DNA of 64,000 nt from the human T2T-CHM13v2.0 reference genome, Homo sapiens, in the NCBI RefSeq assembly GCF_009914755.1, contig NC_060947.1. One strand, given 5' to 3'. The position numbers and the translations under genes are program-made. The notes beneath the pieces were generated by a model. The model saw only the letters and a list, made by a program, of their open reading frames with translations, searched no databases and was not told where the DNA came from. Shown piece by piece: positions 1 through 12,628 of the stretch. The stretch's first letter is position 1. Each line of letters starts with the position of its first letter.

Positions 1-459
1 CTCTGAGGGGCCTGCCAGCTCTGATGTTCTGAAGACCTGGAAAGAGCAAAGAGCCCAATAGTTTTTAATGTGTGATCCATTGAGCCCTAGGGAATCCCAC
101 AGAGGTGTTTCAGGGGCTGCCATGAGCAGTTCTGATTCTGTCTTTTATATATTAGAGATCTACAGATGATTTTTGTTTGCAAGGGAGTGCCACTTCTAAA
201 TACAAACAAAGAGAAACAAAACAGAAACTTTAAAGCCCCTGAACTAGATAGTGAATGAGAGACAAGTTTGAACGAAGGTGTCTGCTGTGGTGAGAGTGAT
301 GATGGTGGTGTGTGTGTGTAGTGGGGAGAGTTTGAACTGGAAGGAAAAAGAGGAAAATGAAAACAAGAGGAAAGAATGAGGTTACAGTTTGGGTCAGTGG
401 TATGGGTCAGTTGCCATTTTGAAAAGAGGAGAAAGTAGAAAAGGGAAAGGGAAGCAACA

Positions 460-670
460 GCTACTGAGTGCCTACTTGTGTGCCAGTTTCTCTGCTTGCA
501 TCCTCACTCATAGGATGCAGACAGCAACCCCTTGAGTTCTAAGTATTATTGTTCCTATTTTAAAGATGAAGAAATTCAGACCCAGAGAGTGAAAATAACT
601 TTTATAAGATCACATAGCAAGTAAATTGTGTTGCTAGGATTCAAACCGAGCTCTTTTTGACCTCAAACTC
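460..670 (-). mobile_element. MIR SINE
   Basis: Reverse-complement MIR core: cctattttaaagatgaagaaattcagacccagagagtgaaa...ggattcaaacc. Confidence 0.7.
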
Positions 671-1298
671 TACACCCTGTCCTGTTAGGAGCTCTCTCCT
701 AGAAGACAGTTGAGGAGTTACAGGTGGATGGGCATCAAGAACACATAGTACCTTTCTTCGGCAGCAGCAGAGGTCTGGGAGTGCTTGTGGAGAACAAAAA
801 GGTGGAGCTCATGTTCTCAGTAATTTGGGAATTTGAGAGAGGGGGCTGTAGCCAGGGTGGAGGGAGAACCAGGGGAGACTTAGGAAGAGAAATCAGTAGT
901 TCCACAAGGCTGGAGAGTCAAAGCGTCACCAGGAAGGGCCTAGGTTTGGACCTGGACCAAAGGACCTAGAACCTCTTAGGACTTGTGTCCTTGAATGGAC
1001 AGGTTTGGACTCTTGGACTATACTGTGCATTTCAGAATTGCTGTTTGCATCCTGATAATCATCACGTTTGTAGCCAAGTGTTTTTTGCCTCATTTGTTAA
1101 TGTAATAATATTAATATAACAAACATTCATGAACCCACCACCCAAATCATGATCTAGAACATTGCTAAAAACTTACCCTTACTAATATGCTTAATATTTT
1201 TTGGTAGTCATTTTGATAAATGATTGTCTGTCTTCTCAGTATGGTGGTTGTGGTTTCCTATCTCTAATAATGCCAAACTCCAAAGGAAAGATGTAGCT

Positions 1299-1706
1299 TG
1301 TGTTATTGGTCAGGATGAACAACTTTGTGCCGTGCTAAAAGACATCCCCAGAATCCTAGTGGGTCATGACAACAAAGGTTTATTCTTTGCCTTTGCTTTA
1401 TGTCTATGATGAGTTAGCTGAGGGCTGTGCTCCTTGTCTCTTTACCTTACAGCTCCGGTGATCAGAGAACCTACCGTTGTGAACATTGCTAGTCATTATG
1501 GGAAAGGGAAAGAGAGCCCTGTCAGGCAGCATAATGGCATAGAAATATTCCAGCTTGGAAGTCACATATATTTACTTCTGTGCCGTTGGCCAGAACTCAT
1601 CATATGGTTCCACCCAACTGTAATGGGCCAAGAAGTGAAATCTCACCACGTCCCTACAAGGCACAGTGCTGGGAATATTTGGGAAACAGTGCTAATGACT
1701 ATCATA
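1299..1706. mobile_element. MaLR LTR, MLT1I/J-like
   Basis: tgtgttattggtcaggatg...acaacaaaggtttattc...ttggccagaactcatcatatgg...gctaatgactatcata resembles old MLT1 LTRs. Confidence 0.6.
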
Positions 1707-2479
1707 GCCCACTTGCCCACTGTGGTACAACATATGAACATGACTTGCTCCTAGCTGATGAAGTTGTGGAGAAGGAAGGGATTGCATGAGCAGGGTTGAG
1801 GAAGCCCACCTGAGTTTTGTCCATCCCTGTGTCCCTTTAGGTGATACCGTTAAGGCAGCCTGCCCCATTATGCACCGATTTTCCAGCCAGAGCCCCCTTC
1901 CCCTTGGAAGTTCGCCATTCTGCTCTACCTGTTTCTGTCTGTCTGTATTTCACAGGCTTCAAGGACACAGGGCATTTGACCATAGAGTCTGACTAGCAGC
2001 TCACTTGAGATCTCCTTGGCGTCTTCTTCTCCCATGCATGATTGCTCAGATATCCAAGGAGCTGCTGCTACCTCATCCAGAATGGCACTTGACTTGACAG
2101 TGGTGGGATTGGATTTTGTGCAGAGTGGTGAAGGGAGGCGAGTAGGGTTGGGTGAGTCATCATTGTTATTTCCGTTGCATTCCCATCGATCTCACAAAGC
2201 TATTAAAAGAGTCAGTAACTAAGACATAGCTCGACTCTGGTTCTAAAAGTCAAGTGATAATTGAAATTCACATTGCAAATCCTGCCCAGGAAATGGAGTG
2301 AAGAGAATGCACTGGCTCTTGGCCCCACTGCTGGGAAGGAAGGTATGAGCTGATAGCTCAGGAAACATATCCTTAGCTTGAGAGCACAGGACCTGTTCCA
2401 GGCAGCTGGCCCCAGGATGATTCCTCTGACCACTGAGTGTATGGCTTGGAGAAGGCAAGTGAACAGAGAGGGCTTTGAT

Positions 2480-4620
2480 ATGGTTTATACCGTAAGGTGC
2501 GGAGATGAGCAAAACAGACAATGTCCCTGGTCTCACAGAAATTAGAGTCTAGTGGGGGAAGAAAATGATTAAACAAATATTATAGGGCATGGCAAGTGCT
2601 CTGACAAGGCTGAGTACAGGGTAATAAGGCAATGGCAGCTAAGCTGGACTTGGGGAGCCAAGGCCAGCCTCCTAGAGGAATAGTCCTTCATCTAAACAGA
2701 GGACTGAAGGATAAGTAGGTGGTAGCCAGGTGAAGGCAGGTGGGAAGGAAGGAAGTTGCAGAAAGTTAGGAGGTAGAGGGGAGTGGGAGAATCGGAGCCT
2801 AGAGAGGCAGGCAGGGACTAGATCATGAAGGACCATGTAAGCCATGTTAAGGGGCTTGGACATTATCCTGAGGGGAGCAGGGGACCATGGAATAGTTGGC
2901 CATTCAGATCACACTTGCTTTTCAGAAACATCACTGTGGAAGCAGTATAGAAGGTGGGTTAGGAAGTTGTGACATTGGAGGCTGGGAGTGCAGGTGACCT
3001 GCTTAAGATATTTGTGATGGAGATGGGAAGGAATGGATGAATCTCAGGCACATTTAGAAGAAAGAATAGACAGATGTGGACAGTGAAGGAAAGTCAGGCA
3101 TCAGGGATGATGCCTAGGTTTCTGGCCTAGACAACTGGAGAGCAGTGATGGGAGAATAGGTTGGTGGTTAAGCGTAGTGGCTCTGAAGCCAACCTGTCTG
3201 GATTTTGAATTCCAGATCTGCCACTGATTGGCTGTGTGACCTTGGACAAGTTCCTTAACCTCTCTGTGTCTCAGTTTCCTTACCTAAAACGAGAATATTA
3301 ACACTACCTTCCTTTTAATGATTAAGTGAAATAATATATATAAAATGCTTTGAACTGTATCTGGAGCATAGAAAATGTTCGATAAATGTTAGCTATTATA
3401 GGCAACAAGGAAGAGGAACAGGCTTCATAGGAATGATGATGAGTTCAGTTCTGAGCATGTCAAATTTAGGTTGTCTGTGGGACACTCAAGTGCAAATTGG
3501 TTATATGGATCTGAGGCTCAGGAGATATTTGGCTAGAAATATAAATTTGAGAGTTATCAGTTTATAGATGGTAATTGAGACCTTGGAAGACTGTGCAGGG
3601 AGAATTTGTAGAGTGGGAAGAAAAGAAGGCCTAGGAGCAAGACCTGAGAACCCTCAACATTTGTGGACAGAGGTAAAAGAGCCTAACGAGGAAGCTGAGC
3701 AGCAACCAGAGAGGAGGGAGAAAAATCAGGAGAGAACACAGCATCATAGAAGCCAAGCTACAAGAAAGTTTCAAGATAGAGGCAGTGGCCAATGGTTGCA
3801 GTGCTTTGGAGAGGTCAGTATAAAAGAAGATCTGATAAACAACAATGGGAGTTAGCTACGAGAAATTGTTGGTGAGACTAGTTTCGTGGAGTGGTAGAAC
3901 TGTATGTCAGACTACATTGGGTTGAAGAGTGGGAGTGAGGAAATGGAGACAGCAAGTGTAAACAACTCTTTCCAGAAGTTTGTCTGTGAAAAGGAAGGGT
4001 GAGCAGATGATTGCAGGTTATGGGAGAAGAGAGGGCATGCTTCAGTGCTGATGGAGAAGAGGCTGACAGTAGAGAGGGAAAGATGGGAGACACAGGTGAG
4101 GGAGGGGACAATTGAGGCTTGAAGTCCCTGAGATGGTGGGAGGAGATGGAACTCACAGAGTGCAGGCCAGGTTGGAAGTGTTAATCTTGGTTGGGAGGAG
4201 TCATAAGAGGGAAGGCAGAAAGTATGGATGTGGTGAGTGAATGTGCAGATTTGGTTGTGGGAAGTTGCTGCCTGGTGGCTTTCTCTCTGTGAAATTGGGT
4301 GAGGGGGATGTGGCAAGGCTGGGGGTTTGTAGATGATAGAAGTGCTCAGAGAGCCACTGGATAAAATGGAAGAGAGAGCCCAATGGAGACGGAAAATAAA
4401 AAGGGTTGCCTAGTTGTACCAGAGGCCCAGTAGGTTCATAGCGGTTCCCAGCTGCATGGTTGGAGTATTTTCACCAAGGAGTGCTTAGCAATCCTGGAGT
4501 AGGAGCAGAAAGGGTAGACATTTGGATTGATTTAAACATCACTTGTGGATTTGCAAGATGGATGAAGGATGGGCAATGGAGTAAGAAAGGTGCGGATGTC
4601 GGTAAGGGAGTAGTTAAAAT
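2480..4620 (-). mobile_element. L2 LINE (long, degraded), interrupted by a MIR
   Basis: Purine-rich antisense L2 motifs: cagacaatgtccctggtctcacagaa...tctagtggggga; gatgatgcctaggtttctggcct; gagttcagttctgagcatgt; agactacattgggttgaagagtggg. Confidence 0.7.
3155..3400 (+). mobile_element. MIR SINE inserted in L2
   Basis: ctgtgtgaccttggacaagttccttaacctctctgtgtctcagtttcc MIR core. Confidence 0.85.
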
Positions 4621-4999
4621 GATTGACTCATAATTCTCCTACTCTCTGATTCAGAAGCTTCTGTTTCTGCTGCTGCTTACAACTTCTCTCTATTCCCCAC
4701 TCCATAGCTTCTGCTCATTCAAGGCTCTTATGCTCATGGCTTCTGCCTCTTGTGTATGTGTGTGTGTCTGTGTGTCTGCTTTTGCCTTCATTACTGACTG
4801 AAGACCGTCTCCCTGTCTCACATTCAGAATCCACAGGAAAGACTATCTGAGTGATTCTATGGGTCATTGTATTCATGTTTGACTGATAGGTCAGGTCACC
4901 CCTTAGGCTGCTGGCCAACCTATGGGTTTTCTGCCCTGAGTCAGGGATCTATGTCTGGTCCAGTCAGCGTCAACATCTTTCAGAAGGTTTTGTGAGTAA

Positions 5000-5250
5000 A
5001 ACAAGCAGAATGGTTAAGGGGCTCTGGAACCTGATGCCTAGGCTTGAATCCAGGCTGTCCCACTTATTGTGTAACCTTGGGAGATTTACTTCACCTCTCT
5101 GATCCCCAGTTTCCTCATTTCTAAAATGGGTTCAGTAAGTGTACCTGCCTCATTAAGGTATTTGTGAAAATGAAATAAGACAGTACTAAAAAGCACTTAG
5201 CACAGTACCTGGCACATATTTATTTCCCTGTAAACATTACTTATTATTAC
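5000..5250 (+). mobile_element. MIR SINE
   Basis: gtgtaaccttgggagatttacttcacctctctgatccccagtttcctcatttctaaaatggg...agcacttagcacagtacctggcacata. Confidence 0.85.
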
Positions 5251-6034
5251 AATCATTGCTATTATGATTATTTTACTATGAAAGCAGGCACTGGGGGCCT
5301 AATAGAATTTAGAAAAGACATTAGGGGAGATGGGATCTGAACTCCATCACCATTGAATAAACACAGTCTTCTTTCCTTCACACCAGCTCTTTACCATTTT
5401 CTGGTCTTCTGACCTTTCCTCAGGGAATGTTTGTCACCTTGTGGGCTCTAAAGGCCCAAAGCCTTTGGAGTACTGAGTCTGCCATGAGCTGGGGATCGAG
5501 CTGCTGGGTCTGCTCATTGTCAGCTTGGGAGGAATCCTGGCAGCGAGGCCTCTGTTGCTCAGTCCTCGGTTTCTATGAGTCATGCTCCTCTTATGCTAAC
5601 TCCAGCTCAGATTTGGAAGGGGGCTAGAGGAGTGGGGGTGGATGAGGGAAGGAAAGGGAAGAGGAAGGCAGCAGTTTAGCCTCTTTCTGAGTTTCTTGGT
5701 TAGCTCCAGTTATGGGAATCTTTCCTTAGAGCTCTAGTGAGAGGATTTGAGGCCCCACTGTGACCAGACTGCAATGTGAGGGGATCCTTCACCTGCATGG
5801 TGCAGCCTAAGATGCCTGATGTGTGACCAACCCCTCCCCAGGCACCCTGATAGTCAGGGCATCTTCTCTCCATCTCTCTTTTCCTTACAGCTTGATACAG
5901 ATGGGTAAAGATTCTTTTTCCCCTGAAGATAATGTAACTTGCTGATGTAGGGGAAGGGAATGTATTAAGAGGCCCATTGCTCAGATATCAGGCTCCTTGA
6001 AATGACCTGGTCCCTGATGACTTGTGTCTGAGCT

Positions 6035-6335
6035 GATGTTTTCCTAAGGGTGGTGTTTAGGTCACTAGTGAAACATGAAATAATTTCAGTTAGTACCTGG
6101 CTGAACATTTTTTAACTTTGATAGTTATGCATTTATTTTCATGTATTTTAGAAGAAAATATAACTAACATACAAAACTGGTGGTTTCAAGGGTATTATTG
6201 TTTAAAGCCATGTAAAGTTTTAGAAAAGGAAGTTTATTTAAAGAAAAATACTAAGTGAATAGTAGTGTAGGTGTTAGACATGTAGCAAAAGTCATGAAGG
6301 TAGTACACAGATGACTGAGGTTTGGGAAAGAGTGG
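6035..6335. mobile_element. hAT-Charlie DNA transposon remnant (MER113-like)
   Basis: Ends gtcatgaaggtagtacacagatgactgaggtttgggaaa; a related copy lies at 16850-17140. Confidence 0.5.
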
Positions 6336-6521
6336 TCTTAACCAAATGACGTTCCCTTTTCTGCTGCCTCTTTTGCCCCCCACCCCCAGACTCAGGATGT
6401 CTGCGTTGGGAATTGTCTAATAGACATAGTAATCTGTGTGGTCAACTGTCATCTGAACAGGTCAAAGTCAAAAGCCCCATCTCCCTTTCTTGACTTCCTG
6501 GTCTTTGTCGAGGGCTCTAAT

Positions 6522-6522
<1 letters not shown>

Positions 6523-6573
<51 letters not shown>

Positions 6574-6578
6574 TGTGT
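6523..6578. repeat. Compound (CT)n(GT)n microsatellite
   Basis: Directly visible. Confidence 0.97.
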
Positions 6579-6698
6579 CTTTCCCAGCCTGGTGATTGGT
6601 AATATCCCTGGGATCCCTCCCTCTTCCATTTTCACACTGAATCTTGAACAAGTCCTGTTAATTCTTCCTTCAGAGTCTCTCTCTCCCTCTCCCTCTCT

Positions 6699-6822
6699 TT
6701 TTTTTAGAGAGAGGATCTCACTATGTTGCCCAGGCTGGATTCAAACTTCTGGCCTCAAGTGATCCTCTTGCCTCAACCTCTCGAGTAGCTGGGACTACAG
6801 GCGCACGCCACCATGCCCATCT
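6699..6822 (-). mobile_element. Alu monomer (FLAM/FAM-like)
   Basis: tttttagagagaggatctcactatgttgcccaggctgg...gtagctgggactacaggcgcacgccaccatgccc; single arm only. Confidence 0.85.
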
Positions 6823-7317
6823 CAGAATATCTCTTGCACTGTGCTCCTTCCAACTGTCATCACCCGTTTGAATACCACAGCCTCAGTCTATACTTCACCA
6901 TCCAATTCATCTTCCTTAAGCACAGCTTTCACCATGAATTTCTCCTGGATTGGTTTTCCACTGAGTATCAGATCATGGCCAGACTCCTGAATGAGCAATT
7001 TTCAGTCCTTGGACTATGGCTTCAGCCTAACAGTATCTGCACATATCGCCTGTTTCCCTTCTAGGACCCATCTAGGTCTTTACTATTCCACAGATGTACT
7101 CTGCTTACCTCTAGCTCTAGCTCTGTTCTATATACCTTGACTAAAATAGTTTCTTCAGTCCTTTCCATTTGGTTACTTACTTATTTTCCATATATTGCTT
7201 TTTGTGTTTCATTTGTGTCTCTTTAAGTAGACTCAGCTTGCTGAGGTATAGGAGTGTACTTTTCATTTCTTTTGTAACCTCTTTGGCATTTAGCAACATG
7301 CAAGGCATATGGGAGGT

Positions 7318-7921
7318 ATAACTGGGTATACTTTGGCCTGAAAGTAACAGAAAACCCAACTTAGAGTGGCTTAAACAAATAGAGGTTTATTTTTTGCATA
7401 ACAAAAAGTTTAGAGTTAGGTGGTTGCCTGCTCTGCCATCCGTAGTGAATTGGCTTTCATCCTACGCTTGTTGCCTCATGGTCACAGGTGGCTGTTGCAT
7501 CTTAAGGTATCACAACTGCATTCAAGCAGGAAGAAGGAGCAACGGTTTTCTGCTCAGGGGGCTTTGTCCTGTTATTTGGGAAGGGAGACTTCCCCAGGAG
7601 ACTGCCCCTTACATTTCATTATCCAGAACCCTCTCTCCACACTCTTGAGTATAGCCTGCTAGAGAAAAGACCCAAGTTCAAGTTACAAGAGTGTGGACTG
7701 AGAGACTTGGCCAATGCCTGCCCACCTCACTCTGCTTCTGTCACATGCTCCCTCTTAGACCAGTGACTGATTTAGACCAATCATAATTCAAGCCTGGGAC
7801 TGCAGTTGAGTTTTCCCTCTCTGATATGAAAGAATCTTTGCCAGCTACAAATTGGAGTTCTGTTAGCAAGGAAGAAGGTGCAGAGGATGGCTGTGAGGTA
7901 GGCAACCAGCAATGTCTACCA
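7318..7921. mobile_element. MaLR LTR, MLT1J/K-like
   Basis: aaagtaacagaaaacccaacttagagtggcttaaacaaatagaggtttatt...gtaggcaaccagcaatgtctacca. Confidence 0.65.
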
Positions 7922-8349
7922 AAGAGCTCAATAAAGACCAGTTTAGAGAGTAAGTGGCCTGCTCCGGTCCTGAGTCAGGTTCTAAGATTTGGTAGGTCTA
8001 AGGCCAGGAGGTTTCCAGAAAGAGCCATCTTCTCTGTGCCCAAACAACTGCACCTGAATTTCCCTGACTGTCCATTGGAAGGTCAAGCTGGTCATATGGG
8101 CTTTCTCGGCTGTTTCCCTCAGCCAAAAGGAAGAGCCTGTGTAGAGCATGGTGCTGTCCCATTTAGTTACTGCTAGGTGAGTAGCTTCTGCCTGTGGCTC
8201 TACTTCAAGGACTGAGGGGAGAATGAATGGATAGGCTTGCTTCTTCATGGAAAAATCATCCCTGCCCTTGGAGCTTTGGTTTTCATATGTTTTCTGGAGT
8301 AGTTCTGGAATTGAATTTGCACCCAAAGAAAAAAATCTAGAAGAGGAAA

Positions 8350-8620
8350 TTTCCAAAATCACATTGTGCAAAGTGTTATTTATTATAGCAAGAAATAGAA
8401 ACAACCCAAACAGCCAATAATAGGGATTTGGCTAAGCAGACTGTGAGTTTTAGTATATTAGGCTACAATACAGCCACCAAATGTGACTACTTCAGGAACT
8501 CTGATGGTACAAAAATATATATGGAATAATGTTAAGTGGAAAAGGCAGAAAAAAATAGTAGGTACATACTGGCTGTGTAAAATGTACATGTGTGCTTTGA
8601 AAAAGATCAGAAGACAGTTG
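8350..8620 (+). mobile_element. Old L1 (L1ME-like) 3' fragment
   Basis: ttattatagcaagaaatagaaacaacccaaacagccaataataggg...ataatgttaagtggaaaaggcag. Confidence 0.55.
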
Positions 8621-8933
8621 TCCAGTTTGAAATCAAAGAGGAATTAGGCAACCAAGATGTATTTTTTGAAATTGAATGCCAACTCTGAGGCAGTTGGGGG
8701 GGTCATCCGTTGGGGAGTCCAGTTCAGCTGAAGTTTAAAAAGTGGGAGTTAGGGCATCCAATACTATTCCTTCTTTCACCATGAAGACGGAAAGGTTAAG
8801 ATAGAGCTTGAACTTGAACTTGGGTCTTTTCTCTAGCAGGCTACGTTCCAAATGTGGAAAGAGAGACTTGGCCTCTGTGGGCCCACCTCACTCTGCCTCA
8901 CTGCTGAGAAGTCCCCTTTCTTCTGTCTCGCAG

Positions 8934-9005
8934 CTGACGAAGCATTCTGTTGGAAGACTACACTTCCATTCCAGAACAGTGTGCGTTACTGTGTGGAGAC
9001 CCAGT
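8934..9005 (+). other. Candidate 72-nt internal exon of an unidentified transcript
   Basis: Acceptor cccctttcttctgtctcgcag| and donor AGT|gtgagt; open as xDEAFCWKTTLPFQNSVRYCVETQx (phase 1-1); lies in non-repeat sequence; no homolog recognised. Confidence 0.4.
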
Positions 9006-9359
9006 GTGAGTTCCTTCCTGAGGTTTCTTGGCACTGGCTGTGCTCCTGCGTCCCCCCACCCCGCAACCCCTGCCGTTCATCATCCAAGGTTTACACTGTA
9101 AATATCTGAATGGGGTGAAAAGAAAAACCAGACCTCCGACTTGGGGCTGGTCTGCTGGAGGCTGAGCCAAGGGTGTGTTGTTGATATAGAAGATAGTTCT
9201 CTCCTAAGAGTTTACTGAAGGAGATTATTTTTGCTGGTTCAGGTTTTCCAACTTTATTCAAGAGCCTGAAGACAGGAGGGAAGCAGGATGGGTGTGTATA
9301 TGAGCTAGCAGGGAAGAGAGACTTGTTTTTCTCTTTTTTCCTGACCAGTTGCTGCCCAG

Positions 9360-10540
9360 CAATAGCTGCCATTTATTGAGCGCTTACTGTGTGCTGTGTG
9401 CTTTACACATGCCATCTTGTTTAACCCTCACAAGAGCTTTGCCAAGTATTACCCCCACACACACTTTACCTTTGGGGAAACAGGCTCAGAGGGGACTTAG
9501 CCAGAGTAACTTACCCAGGGAATAATGAAATCAGGATTTGCTCAACAAAAATGTATTGAGCCACCTACTCCAAGACAAGCCTCAGGCTGACATACCGGCT
9601 GTGCGGCTGTGAATAAGATCGGCTCATTGTCTTCAGCAACTTGTACCCATAAGGGTGGGTGTGACAGATAAGCAGGCAGTGATAGGACAGGGTAGTGCCT
9701 GTTCTGATGGGGAAGAGCCTAGTGCCATGGGAGGACAGAGAAGGGGGAACCCATCACAGACAGGAGCAGGAGGCAGGGAGTCAGCAAAGGCTTTCCAGAG
9801 AAAGTGATGAGCTGTATGGATCTGGAGAAAGAGTACAAGTCAGCCCAGTGAAGGAGATGGCCAATAAGCAATTCAGGCAGAGGGCATAGCCTGCCTGTTG
9901 ATTAAGTATTCAAGAATTTTGCAAGCTGGTTATCAGACCATTGGTCACTTCAAATTGGGTCATGATGGAAGTGTTTATAGCAAGGAAGGGAGTTGGGAGT
10001 TCTCAGCTATAGATGTGAATGGGATTACCGTGGCAGGCTATACAGAGTGCCAGGCCGAGGACCAAGCCTTGGTAAATGCTAAGAGGCAGGCAGAGAAAGA
10101 TGAGCTCACACAGGAGACTGACAGGGAGCGGTCGTCTGGCTCCACTTTCACAACCATCTCATCATTTCCAACTCTGTTACCACTGCCTTTCTTGAAGCCC
10201 ATATCATCTTATATCTGGACTATCTAGTCAGATAGTCTTTACAACTTATCTCCTGGTTTCTCAAGTCTTTTTAAAAGTTCCTTATAGCTTTTCTGCTAAC
10301 TGGGTAACTGGGTAAGTAAAAGAATCTGGTTGGAGCAGACAGCTTATATAGAAGAGTATGGATTTTAGCATGTTCACTCCTACCACTTGCTGGCTATGTG
10401 AACTTGGGCAAGTTTCCTGGTTTTTCTGAACCTCAATTTCTTCATCTGTAAAATGGGACTAGTACTTCCTTCTGCTGCCAGGGCTCTGAGAATCCATGGA
10501 GACTACACATGTGATAAAGGGCCCAGCACAGGGCCTGGTT
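9360..10540. mobile_element. MIR/L2/MIR cluster
   Basis: MIR (-) gccatttattgagcgcttactgtgtg; L2 (-) aacaaaaatgtattgagccacctact; MIR (+) tgtgaacttgggcaagtttcc...tttcttcatctgtaaaatggg. Confidence 0.6.
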
Positions 10541-10919
10541 CACCATTGGCCAGTGGAGAGGTCGCCAAAGATTTTCCCATATGGTAGCTGGTATCCACAG
10601 GAAGGCTCATTGAGGACTCTGCAAACCTCCATCCTCAGCTGCGCACCCTCTACCTGGGCACTCCAGCTTCTCTCACTTCCCTTGTCTGCTGCTCCTGCCC
10701 CTCTCCTCCCTTCCATTCTGGCAAAATTGAACAATGGCCCCTTCCTCTACCCTCCCTGCCTCATGCTCAACCTGTTCACACTCCAGGAGCCTGAAGAATT
10801 CCTGTTCCTCACCAGCCCATCAGGGCTTCCCTCTCCTCACTCCAGCTGATCCTTGACTCTTGGCTCCTCCTAGAAACGTCCTTGGGCCATGGGCCTCCGT
10901 TCCTAACCTCGTCCTGCAG

Positions 10920-10966
10920 ATGTACTAACTTTAGTTCCCGGAACCGGATTGAAAGGACTAGAATGA
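10920..10966 (+). other. Candidate exon start / terminal coding segment
   Basis: tcctaac (branch-like) followed by ctcgtcctgcag| acceptor; spliced to 8934-9005 it reads ...ETQYVLTLVPGTGLKGLE* with TGA at 10964-10966. Confidence 0.25.
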
Positions 10967-11307
10967 ACCGCATCAAATGTTAAGGAACACAATTCAAGAA
11001 CGCTGCAGCACTTTTCATGTGCTATACAACAGATTGTGCTGAGGCTGGGGGGCATAGATGCTTGTTGGCAGCAGGGTTGTTTTCCAAATCACTCCCTGAT
11101 GCTTTGAAGAGGAAAAGGAAGTAAGTTAGGAGACTAGTATTCATTGAATGCCTCCTGGGTGTCTGGCCTTATGCTAGGGTGCTTCATAAATTGTGTCATT
11201 CATTGTCACAACAACCTTGTGAGATGATGATGTTATTCAAGTTGTCTGTAGTGTCCCTGCTTCCCTGTGAGCTCTGTGAGGATATGGAACACACTGTCTT
11301 CGACACT

Positions 11308-11625
11308 GCATCTGGCAACCTGGATGGAGTTGGAGACCATTATTCTAAGTGAAGTAACTCAGGAATGGAAAGCCAAACGTCGTATATTCTCACTCATAAG
11401 TAGAAGCTAAGCTATGAGGATGCAAAGGCATAGAATGACACAATGGACTTTGGGGATTCGGAGGAAAGGGTGGGAGGTGGGTGAGGGATAAAAGACTACA
11501 TACTGGATGCAGTGTACACTGCTCTGGTGATGGGTGCACCAAAATCTCAGAAATCACCACAAAAGAACTTATTCATATAACCAAACACCACCTGTTCCCC
11601 AAAAACCTATGGAAATAAAAAAAGA
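11308..11625 (+). mobile_element. L1PB-like 3' end, 5'-truncated, inserted in an L2 3' end
   Basis: gcaacctggatggagttggagaccattattctaagtgaagtaactcaggaatgg...aaccaaacaccacctgttccccaaaaacctatggaaataaaa. Confidence 0.85.
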
Positions 11626-11799
11626 AAGAAAATGGCCATTAAATAAAATAAAAAGCAAAAGAGATCCAAGAGAGAAAAATAAAAATAAAATAAAATAAAA
11701 TAACAGGTGTCAACACACCTAAAAAGAAGAAGAACATGGAGTCTGTGCTCAATAAATACCGGTTGAATTGAATTGCTGACACTGTTGTGTTGAGGCAGT

Positions 11800-11960
11800 T
11801 TGGCCCAGGCAGGCAAATAAGCCCAGGATTTGCAGTCTTGGCCTGTGTGGCTTTGGGCAAGCTATTTCATTTTTCTGAGCCTCAGTTTCTTCATGTGTAA
11901 AATGGGAATAATGACACCTATATCCCAGGGGTTGTGAGCATGTGCAAGTAGTTTGGTAAA
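11800..11960 (+). mobile_element. MIR SINE
   Basis: gtggctttgggcaagctatttc...ctgagcctcagtttcttcatgtgtaaaatgggaataat. Confidence 0.75.
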
Positions 11961-12120
11961 CTCCAGGTGCTGCCCAAATTAGTGTGTGGGGTGCATCACA
12001 TGCGCTCTAAGCTAGGCTTTTAGTTATCCAATTATCATCTAGGTCTGCAGTTCCCAAATGCAAATCAGCACTCATCCTTCGTAAAGTTTTTACTCTTCTG
12101 AATTAAAAAATGATGATGTA

Positions 12121-12628
<508 letters not shown>

